The notes beneath the pieces are model-generated. The model saw only the letters and a program-made list of their open reading frames with translations, had not been told where the DNA came from and searched no databases. A DNA stretch of 64,000 bases from a virus (taxonomy: Duplodnaviria > Caudoviricetes): IMG/VR virus record IMGVR_UViG_3300032038_000041, positions 30,412 through 94,411 of that record; one strand, 5' to 3'. The position numbers were made by a program, and so were the translations under genes. Below, piece by piece: positions 1 to 8,120 of this stretch (the stretch's first letter is position 1; every line of letters starts with the position of its first letter).

Positions 1-151
1 CAATAAGCGCTGTACTAATAAGTTCTTTAACTTTTTCCATAATTCTGCTGTTAAATTTAAAATAATAAAGACTCTAAAGTACACTTCACTTTAGGTAATC
101 TTTCTCTACATATATAAGGCTTTGAAACTAATTTGGAACGGTAGATATATT

Positions 152-592
152 TTACCATTCTACATCATGTTTTAATATTCCCTCTGGCACTATTCCAGTA
201 TAATATCTTGTTTGTAATACGTGCCTGTCTAGTTTAGGATTATATATAGCTTCAATCATTAAATTCTCCGGTATAATAAATTCAAATGCCGTTACTTCTT
301 CTAAAATATCTTTTGGACATTGAAAAATAGCTTCATCCACAGAAGGTCTTAAGAATGCATAATATCCTCCATACCTATGATATGTTTCTATAGTTCTTAA
401 AGGTACTAAGATACTCTTAACCTCTTTCAAATAGGTTGGATCGAATGTACAAGATTCTCCATGGATTTTCTTAGATTCTATCCACCAAAGTTTCCCATTT
501 CTCTTCATTACAGGTTTAATCCTTCCTGCATACCTAATTATATCTTCCCTAGACATTAAATTTTCTAATACTTGTAATTCTTCTCTTTCCAT
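152..592 (-). CDS. hypothetical protein
   Basis: 146-aa ORF, no recognised motif. Confidence 0.7.
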   Translation of the reverse strand: MEREELQVLENLMSREDIIRYAGRIKPVMKRNGKLWWIESKKIHGESCTFDPTYLKEVKSILVPLRTIETYHRYGGYYAFLRPSVDEAIFQCPKDILEEVTAFEFIIPENLMIEAIYNPKLDRHVLQTRYYTGIVPEGILKHDVEW

Positions 593-721
593 AACAAAAA
601 TAAGGGGCTCAGGTTATTCACCCTGTCTACTACTGTTATACTTTCTGAGAACCGTTTCAAAGGTCTCATTTATTAGATTATTCTCTCTTACATATTTCAA
701 GAGTCCCTCAAATCCTTACCT

Positions 722-1453
722 ATGATTATGAAAATATCAGAAATAGTAAAGAATATTAAGGAGACTGTAGAAAAGACTCCATTGAAGCTCGATGAGAATC
801 AGGGCTTCGGTAAGTTAAATGAGGACTTAGTTAATAATGCTCTTGTTAAATTATGTGAAATGTGGAACAAGGATGACAATTCAAGACGCTTCGTAAAGCA
901 TCTCATAAAAAGTTTTGTTCCCATTGTAGCAACCAATAAGATATTGGTATTTTCAGAAGAGGATATTAATAATGGTAAGAATCGGTGTTGTATCCTTGGT
1001 ATTAAGTTAGCAGGAGTAACTACAATAGCAGAAGCCGTTACTAAGTGGACCATGGAAAAAGCGTCTATTGATGCAAAGGCGTTGAAAGAGAATCGTAAGG
1101 AACTTCATCCCTGGGAAGTTCGTAAACTCGAGAAGATTAAGAGAAGCTTCCCAATTGAAGTACGTAATCATACTGTAGCCTACTTCTCACCTGATTCTAA
1201 TAAGCTTCTAGCAGGAGAGACAATTGGTGCACTAAACTATTTTGTAAGTAGATGTATCGAACAAGGTGAAAAAGAAGTATCGTATATCATTCGTCAAAAG
1301 ATGCATCCTGAAGTGAAGGAAAATAAACCTAAGAAAAAGAAAGGATTCGTTCAAAAAGGAACTTATGATATAAAAGATATGGTAGATGAGGGAACTCTCA
1401 GTAAACTAAGTGCTCTAAAAAAACAACTTGGTAAAGAACAGAAAGGGAAATGA
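722..1453 (+). CDS. hypothetical protein (start possibly ATG 728)
   Basis: 243-aa ORF; promoter motif CCTTACCTATG at 714-724 overlaps the first ATG; terminator-like hairpin at ~1443-1466. Confidence 0.75.
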   Translation: MIMKISEIVKNIKETVEKTPLKLDENQGFGKLNEDLVNNALVKLCEMWNKDDNSRRFVKHLIKSFVPIVATNKILVFSEEDINNGKNRCCILGIKLAGVTTIAEAVTKWTMEKASIDAKALKENRKELHPWEVRKLEKIKRSFPIEVRNHTVAYFSPDSNKLLAGETIGALNYFVSRCIEQGEKEVSYIIRQKMHPEVKENKPKKKKGFVQKGTYDIKDMVDEGTLSKLSALKKQLGKEQKGK

Positions 1454-1504
1454 TCCCTTTCTTTTTCCTTATATATGTGAAAATTATAAATAATAAAATA
1501 TATT

Positions 1505-4234
1505 ATGGAAGATATTAAACTTAGTAAAGATCTTGCTTCAAGGCTAAAAGAATCATATGAAGTTGCAAAAAAAGAAAACCTTAATATGGTTACATTAGAA
1601 AACGTACTCTATCAAGTATGCAACATCTATTGTTCTGGTAGTGGAGACGACGAATCATTAAAGAAATTCTTCTCTGATATGAGAGAACAGGATAGACAAA
1701 CTATATATAAAACAGCAGAACAAATCTTTGAAACTAATAAGGTTACTCTGCAAGTTCCTGATAAACTCAAACCAGATGAAGAAACTGGAATAACATTATC
1801 AAAACTTCTTAAAAAAGTTCTTACAAAAGCTAAAGACAGAAAACAAGCAATGTCTTTTGTAAGTGAAGATGAAACTCTCGAAGTTACAACTGATGTATTC
1901 TTTCTTGAGATTATTGATCATCCAGATTGTACTCTCCTCAACAGAACAAAAGTAAAAGTTAGTGATTTAGAAGATGCTATTAGATTTAATAGTTTTGCAG
2001 AGGCTCTTTCTAGTGGATTTGGAACTCTAAAAGAGAAAACTATTGAAACAAAAGATGAAAGCACAGGTTTGGATGAATTTTTAAAGAGTATCGGATTTAA
2101 ATCAGAAGCAAATAAAGTTGATATGAAAAAAGATGATGAAGAGTTTGATAAAGCAGGACAAAGCGAAGCAGTAAGCAGTAAAGCTGTAGACCCAAACTCC
2201 AAAACCCCATTCCTTGATCAATTTTCAGTTAATATGACTAAAGATGCCAAAGCAGGGAAGTTTGATCCTATGATTGGTCGACAGAATGAACTTGAACAGA
2301 TTATAAAGATTCTCTGTTGCCGTAAAAAGAATAATGTTCTTGCAATAGGACCTGGAGGTGTTGGTAAAAGTGCTATCGTTGAAGGTCTTTCACAGAGAAT
2401 TGTAACAAACCAAGTTCCACTTGAACTTCAAGGTAAGCGAATCTGTAGTCTTGATCTTAATGCTCTTGTCTCTGGTACTAAATATAGAGGCGAGTATGAA
2501 GAGAGATTGCAAGGAATTATCAAAGAAGTTTGTGATAATAAAGATATCATTGTTTATATTGACGAATTCCATAACTTAATAGGTAATGGTGGTGCTTCTG
2601 GATCTGGAGACGGTGCGAATATTCTTAAACCTTATCTAGCTCGTGGTGAGTTTCAATGTATTGGCTCAACCACCGATGATGAGTATAGAAAATATATTAA
2701 AGACGGAGCTTTAAAAAGACGTTTCCAGATTGTAAGAATTAATGAGCCTACGGAAGAAGAAACTGTTCAAATTCTTAAAGGATTAGCGCCTAAGTATGAA
2801 GAATATCATAAAGTTAAGTATCCCCTTGCCACACTTAAAGCATGTGCTGAGTGGTCTGGACGATATATAACTGAACGATTCTTCCCTGATAAAGCAATTG
2901 ATCTAATGGATACTGCAGGAGCTCAACTCAAACTCGAGAAAGTTCATGATACAACTGAAATCGATGAAGTAAAAACAGAGATTGAGAAAATAAAGAAAGA
3001 AAAACAAGATGCAGTTGAAGCACAAGACTTTGAACTAGCTGCACAGAAAAGAGATGAGCAGGTGAAACAACAAGAAAAACTGGAGTCTCTCTTAAAGGCT
3101 ATGGAAAAGTCAGAAAATAATAGAAAATTCTGGCCTGAAGTAACCGTAAATAATGTAGCTTATGTAATTTCTAATCTCAGCGGAGTACCTATTGATAGTA
3201 TCTACCATTCAGACTTTAATAAACTTAAGTCAATGAAGGACGAACTTAAGTCAATGGTAATTGGACAAGATGAGGCTATTAATGAGGTTTGTACTTCATT
3301 GCAGAGAAACTTCTTAGGATTTAGAGATGAAACTAAACCTATTGGAAGACTCTGCATGCTCGGTGTTAGTGGATGTGGTAAAACCTATCTGGCAGAACAA
3401 ATCGCTATTAAACTTTATGGATCTAAGGATGCTTTAATTAAAGTTAATATGGGTGAGTATGCAGGTGATAGTGACATTAACCTCAGTAAACTTATTGGTG
3501 CAGGACCAGGATTTATTGGATATGATGATAAACCAATCCTCGAAGAAGTAAGTGAGAAAAGACACTGTATCCTCTTGATTGATGAGGTTGAAAAATCTAG
3601 TAAAAAGGTATTTGATATTTTCTTGAACATCCTCGATAAGGGTGAATGTACACTTGGAAATGGAAAAGTAGTAGACTTTAGAGATACTATGATCCTCTTT
3701 ACAGGAAACCTTGGAACTAAGGAACTTGGAAAGGTAGGATCTGGTCTTGGATTTAATAAGGCTACTACAAAGGAAAGCCAACAAAAGCTAAATCAAGAGA
3801 CAGTAATGAAGGCAGTCAAGAAAACCTTTAGACCAGAATTCATTAATCGACTTGGAGGAATAATTATCTTCAATAACCTTGGAAAAGATGAACTGAAGAA
3901 AATATTCGTTCTTGAATTGGATAAACTAAAAACAAGAATGAAAAAACGTGGATATAATCTTAAAGTCACTAATGCAACTAGAGATATGATCATTGATAAG
4001 TGTGATCTTACTTATGGAGCTAGAGACCTTCAAAGAGAAATCCAGAAATATGTTGAAGAGGAAGTTTGTAATGCTATGCTCCTTGGAGATGAAGAATCTT
4101 TTAAAAGGATTACAGAAGCAAATGTAGACTACAAGGATGGAAAAGTGATTGTAAACTTCAAATATAAAAAACAATCCATACATACAACTCCTTCTCAACA
4201 GGAAACAAAAGAAGAGGAAGTTCAAAATGTTTAA
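1505..4234 (+). CDS. clpC: ClpC-type Clp/Hsp100 AAA+ ATPase
   Basis: Two AAA modules (GPGGVGKS/YIDEFH and GVSGCGKT/IDEVEK), KYRGEYEERL pore loop, UVR-like AVEAQDFELAAQKRD, FRPEFINRL, YGARDL. Confidence 0.92.
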   Translation: MEDIKLSKDLASRLKESYEVAKKENLNMVTLENVLYQVCNIYCSGSGDDESLKKFFSDMREQDRQTIYKTAEQIFETNKVTLQVPDKLKPDEETGITLSKLLKKVLTKAKDRKQAMSFVSEDETLEVTTDVFFLEIIDHPDCTLLNRTKVKVSDLEDAIRFNSFAEALSSGFGTLKEKTIETKDESTGLDEFLKSIGFKSEANKVDMKKDDEEFDKAGQSEAVSSKAVDPNSKTPFLDQFSVNMTKDAKAGKFDPMIGRQNELEQIIKILCCRKKNNVLAIGPGGVGKSAIVEGLSQRIVTNQVPLELQGKRICSLDLNALVSGTKYRGEYEERLQGIIKEVCDNKDIIVYIDEFHNLIGNGGASGSGDGANILKPYLARGEFQCIGSTTDDEYRKYIKDGALKRRFQIVRINEPTEEETVQILKGLAPKYEEYHKVKYPLATLKACAEWSGRYITERFFPDKAIDLMDTAGAQLKLEKVHDTTEIDEVKTEIEKIKKEKQDAVEAQDFELAAQKRDEQVKQQEKLESLLKAMEKSENNRKFWPEVTVNNVAYVISNLSGVPIDSIYHSDFNKLKSMKDELKSMVIGQDEAINEVCTSLQRNFLGFRDETKPIGRLCMLGVSGCGKTYLAEQIAIKLYGSKDALIKVNMGEYAGDSDINLSKLIGAGPGFIGYDDKPILEEVSEKRHCILLIDEVEKSSKKVFDIFLNILDKGECTLGNGKVVDFRDTMILFTGNLGTKELGKVGSGLGFNKATTKESQQKLNQETVMKAVKKTFRPEFINRLGGIIIFNNLGKDELKKIFVLELDKLKTRMKKRGYNLKVTNATRDMIIDKCDLTYGARDLQREIQKYVEEEVCNAMLLGDEESFKRITEANVDYKDGKVIVNFKYKKQSIHTTPSQQETKEEEVQNV

Positions 4235-4299
4235 TATTATAAAAGATTAGGCCTAAAAGCTTAGTCTTTTATTTTTTAACCTTGAAATTCTTATATGTG

Positions 4300-4465
4300 A
4301 GGAATTGATCTAATTGTTAGGTCGGTAAGGTGTTATGAAGACTAAGCATCTTACCTAGGAGAGATGTGTTCTGGAGGTAATTAAGGTGACTTTCCTTCGG
4401 GATTGAATTATCTCTGGAACTTCTCTCTGAAAATTCCTTAAAGAGGCATTATGCTTCTTTTTTAT
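4300..4465 (+). ncRNA. putative structured small RNA (four-way junction) with own promoter and terminator
   Basis: Promoter TCTTATATGTG at 4289-4299; closing stem AGGAATT/AATTCCT; three internal hairpins, one capped by C-UUCG-G; stem mismatches are G-U on the + strand; terminator AAGAGGCA..TGCTTCTTTTTT at 4441-4463. Confidence 0.6.
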
Positions 4466-4555
4466 TTCGTATAAGTAGTAATTGATATTACTACTACTTA
4501 TTATAGCCTATTTAGAAAAACGCACAAAAATCGAACAAAGAAAAAAGGGAGTCTT

Positions 4556-4906
4556 TTAACTCCCAAAGGCATGATTGCAAAATATATCTGCAAACGTAAG
4601 AATATTATTGATGGCTTCTCTATCAACCTCACGACGTGAATCTACCAACCTTTTATATGTTTGAATTCTAAGACCCAATTCAAAGGCTTTTAATTTTAAT
4701 TCCTTCTTTTTATACTTAGAGCCATCAGGTTTACAAAATTCACAAGGAAAACCATCTACCATAATCGTAGCCGTTCCACTATCAAATAATGCCTTTTGTT
4801 GCTCAAGCATAAAAATCTCTGCCTGACCAATCACAATATTCTTTTCTGTAAATGAATTGGCCGTTTCATATCTATACCTATAATACATTTCTCCAGTTTT
4901 CTTCAT
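4556..4906 (-). CDS. hypothetical protein
   Basis: ORF with likely ATG at 4906 (MKKTGEMYY) after an AT-rich leader. Confidence 0.6.
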   Translation of the reverse strand: MKKTGEMYYRYRYETANSFTEKNIVIGQAEIFMLEQQKALFDSGTATIMVDGFPCEFCKPDGSKYKKKELKLKAFELGLRIQTYKRLVDSRREVDREAINNILTFADIFCNHAFGS

Positions 4907-5039
4907 AATTCTACTTTTTATATTTTTTATTTTCATCTCTATTATTAAGGCTATCAAGCTTACGAAAGAGTTGAATAAAATTAATTATATTTGATACTAT
5001 AATATCATACATTCTATAATAAAGATAAGGAAATGTTTA

Positions 5040-5670
5040 ATTACGTATGGTTGATTGATGAATGACCGAAGGGAATGAAGATAAGCGACCATAACTATTC
5101 ATCATTAAAAACGTTTGGCCTACCCTAAATCTCTCACTTCGTTCAAGATTTGCCGCCCACACCGGCCAAACTAATAACATCTCCGCTTTCAGCGAATCTG
5201 TAGGTAATATATGACAATAAAAAATATAATATGAGTTAGGTGTAGTTTGTAATCGAGTTGAGGAGCGTAGCGACGAAAAATGATAACCAAGTGAAACGAG
5301 GGATGAAAACTACACCTATAATCTCTTTTTATCACATATGTTGTCCCCTATCCTTCGTCACTTCGTTCCTTGTCTAGCCGACCACTCGTTCCGCTTCGCT
5401 CCACTTCCACAACATATGTGTCTTTTTTAAATTGTCATATACTATATGGATTTCTTCAATTTAAAAACATAAATGAAGGGCTGGCGTGGTGGGCTAGGTT
5501 GGAATGGAGTGTAACGAAATGGAAAACTAGGGCAAGCCCTGAATACTTAACTTATACTTTGTTATAGGATGAGGGTTAGGTTTGGTTGGCGAAGGAACTG
5601 AATAACGAAGCCAGAATGAAATGATGGCGAAGTATTAAATGAAGTTACGGAGGGAAAACCCGAAGACTTT
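5040..5670. other. non-coding region of nested inverted repeats with GNA mini-hairpin motifs, upstream of helicase-like copy 1
   Basis: Stems GTTTGGCC/GGCCAAAC, AGGTGTAGTTT/AAACTACACCT, CACATATGTTGT/ACAACATATGTG, ATATGACAAT/ATTGTCATAT; loops contain GCGTAGC, GCGAAGC, ACGAAGT on alternating strands. Confidence 0.7.
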
Positions 5671-5686
5671 TTAATAAATACTAAAA

Positions 5687-5860
5687 TGCATTATTTTTTA
5701 AATTAACTATTCTTTTTAAAGGATAAACAATAAAATAACTAATAAAATAATGCAAATTTTATTAATACATCTTATAGTAAATTATAGTGTACTATTTTTT
5801 AAATTAACTATTCTTTTTAAAGGATAAACAATAAAATAACTAATAAAATAGTACAAATTT
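5687..5860. repeat. 101-bp-period direct repeat; each unit has a 58-bp identical core with compensatorily changed inverted-repeat ends
   Basis: Core 5692-5749 = 5793-5850; flanks TGCAT/ATGCA versus TGTAC/GTACA. Confidence 0.9.
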
Positions 5861-5978
5861 TGCGTCTAGGATAGTATTAAATCCTTAAAGATGTAGAACA
5901 ACTTAACAACAGAGAGAACAACTATTATATATTAAACAAAAACGACTCTTTTGTTAAGTTTTAATTTTAGAAATATTT

Positions 5979-8000
5979 ATGGAAAAACAAGTTATTGAAG
6001 TTCCTGCTGGTATTAGATATATATCAGATTGGAAAGAATTTAGAATGCTAGAATTTCCCCATATTATTGATAAGAAGATCCCAGGTTGTGGTTTTACTGA
6101 GTATTGTCTTAGAAATAATATGAACCTGATTCTTGTAAGCCCTCGCAAGATTCTTTTGGAGAACAAGGAAGAACAGCATAAGAAGGAGGGTAGGGAAATT
6201 CTTTATGTCAAGAGTGCTCTTAGTGTTGAAATGGCAATGGATAAAGATATTTCAAAGAGACCTAAAAGTGGAAAATCTAAGATAAAGTTAACTGATGAAG
6301 AGCTTAAAAAGAGGGCAAAATTAGCTAAAGAGGATTATGATAGAATAAGTGGTGAGATCCAAAATTATTGGGATACGTGTTTTAACAGGATTCCATGTAA
6401 GATTCTTGTAACATATGATTCTTATCGAAAAGTAAAAGATATTTTAATTAATAAGGGAATATTTCAAGAATTTTATACTGTAGTAGATGAATTTCAATCA
6501 ATTTTCGTAGACGCCAAATTCAAAAGTACTACCGAAATGGAATTTGTTACGGCATTACAAGGAGTAAGTAGACTTTGTTATGTTTCAGCTACACCGATGA
6601 TCGACTCTTACTTAGCTAAACTTGATGAATTTAAAGATCTACCTTATTTTGAACTAGATTGGGAGACTTTACAACCAGAACGTGTTAGTAAACCAGACTT
6701 AGAAGTAAAGATACTTAGATCTTTATCAAATTCAGCTAAAGCCATTATTAAAAGGTATAAAGACGGTAACTTTGACACTGCAACTATCATAGATCCACAA
6801 ACTATGCAACAGAAAATAATAGAATCAAGAGAAGCTATATTTTATGTTAATAGTGTTAATAACATTTGTAGTATTATTAGAAATTGTGGTCTTGATCCGG
6901 AAGAAGTAAATATTCTCTGTGCAAATACACCAGATAATACTAGAAGAATTAGAACAAAGCTTGGTAAAGGTTTTACAATTGGTAGAGTTCCGTTATATGA
7001 TGAGCCGAGAAAAATGTTTACCTTCTGTACAAGAACAGTATACTTAGGTGCAGACTTCTATAGTGATAATGCTAAAACTTATATCTTATCAGATGCTAAT
7101 ATTGATTCAATGGCAGTAGATATAACATTAGACCTTCCTCAAATTCTTGGAAGACAGAGACTTTCAATTAATCCTTGGAAGGATAAGGCTGATGTCTACG
7201 TAAAGGTCATAATGAAAAATAATCAGCAAGCTATTAATGAATTTAAAGAGATGATTGATAAGAAAATTGAAAAGACAACATCATTACTTGATTCTTGGAA
7301 GGATGTATCTACTGAGAAGAGAAGACAGGATCTTGCTGAAATTTATCAACAGATAGCTGAGATATTGAATTATAGGGATAACTATGTAGCTGTAAATAGT
7401 TACAATAGTGCATCTCTATTGCCAGTAATGAATGATCTTGCACTAATTTCAGAACAAAGAGCGTATGATGTGCAGCAATTAGATTACAAAGACCGTTTTA
7501 GTGTCTTTAATTCTATAGAAAATCAATTTAATATTGAATTAGAACGAGAAGTTAATAATTTCTTACTACAATTCAATGCATTAGAAGATGGATTTTTCTA
7601 TAAAATGAAATATGTATGTGAAACTTTACCTGGAAAGTCTATAGAAATTCAGACAAAAATCATCAATGAATTACCTAAGTCTTATCGAGAATTTTATATT
7701 ACACTTGGTCCTAATAGATTACAAGCATTAGGATATAATTTTCAATTAATAAAAAGTAGTATGGATCAAATCAATTTTGATATTAATACTTTGAATAATA
7801 CTATATACAATAACTTTCAGATTGGAGAAAAATGTAGTAAAGCTAGTATTAAAACAAAATTGCAAGATCTTTATAATCAAATTGGTTATAAAAAGACAGC
7901 TAAAGCATCGGACTTAGAGCAGTGGTTTGAATTAAAGTCTGTATTGTTGTCTGAAAATGGTAAAAGAATTCATGGTTTTGAGATAGTGAAGAAGAAATAA
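5979..8000 (+). CDS. SF2 (DExx-box) helicase-like protein, paralog 1
   Basis: IPGCGFT (Walker A without Lys), VVDEFQ (Walker B), VSATP (motif III), FCTRTVYLGADF (motif V), QILGRQR (motif VI). Confidence 0.8.
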   Translation: MEKQVIEVPAGIRYISDWKEFRMLEFPHIIDKKIPGCGFTEYCLRNNMNLILVSPRKILLENKEEQHKKEGREILYVKSALSVEMAMDKDISKRPKSGKSKIKLTDEELKKRAKLAKEDYDRISGEIQNYWDTCFNRIPCKILVTYDSYRKVKDILINKGIFQEFYTVVDEFQSIFVDAKFKSTTEMEFVTALQGVSRLCYVSATPMIDSYLAKLDEFKDLPYFELDWETLQPERVSKPDLEVKILRSLSNSAKAIIKRYKDGNFDTATIIDPQTMQQKIIESREAIFYVNSVNNICSIIRNCGLDPEEVNILCANTPDNTRRIRTKLGKGFTIGRVPLYDEPRKMFTFCTRTVYLGADFYSDNAKTYILSDANIDSMAVDITLDLPQILGRQRLSINPWKDKADVYVKVIMKNNQQAINEFKEMIDKKIEKTTSLLDSWKDVSTEKRRQDLAEIYQQIAEILNYRDNYVAVNSYNSASLLPVMNDLALISEQRAYDVQQLDYKDRFSVFNSIENQFNIELEREVNNFLLQFNALEDGFFYKMKYVCETLPGKSIEIQTKIINELPKSYREFYITLGPNRLQALGYNFQLIKSSMDQINFDINTLNNTIYNNFQIGEKCSKASIKTKLQDLYNQIGYKKTAKASDLEQWFELKSVLLSENGKRIHGFEIVKKK

Positions 8001-8120
8001 AAAGAGATGGAGAAGAACAAACCTTCTCTTTCTCTTATTTTGCTTTTAAGAGAGGTTTTTACCCTTATATATGGTGGGGATATAGTGTCCCCAAGGAATA
8101 ATAAAATATTAAATTATAAA

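Noticed and set aside
799-4225. Antisense and alternate-frame ORFs inside long genes, here and throughout the window
   Set aside because: Shadow ORFs of codon-biased genes, with no promoters or motifs.
4300-4465. tRNA or SRP RNA identity for the structured RNA
   Set aside because: No TTCRA T-loop, acceptor stem or CCA end, and no SRP GGAA-loop domain; no tRNA was recognised anywhere in the window by eye.
5370-5567. 65-aa ORF in the structured region
   Set aside because: TTG start, lies in GC-enriched hairpin DNA, and has no counterpart in copy 2.
5687-5860. Direct repeat as a CRISPR array
   Set aside because: Only two long AT-rich units, no spacer series, and no cas genes in the window.
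8007-8120. N-terminal extension of topoisomerase B from ATG 8007
   Set aside because: It spans the upstream terminator and the promoter at 8037-8073; ATG 8121 is more plausible.
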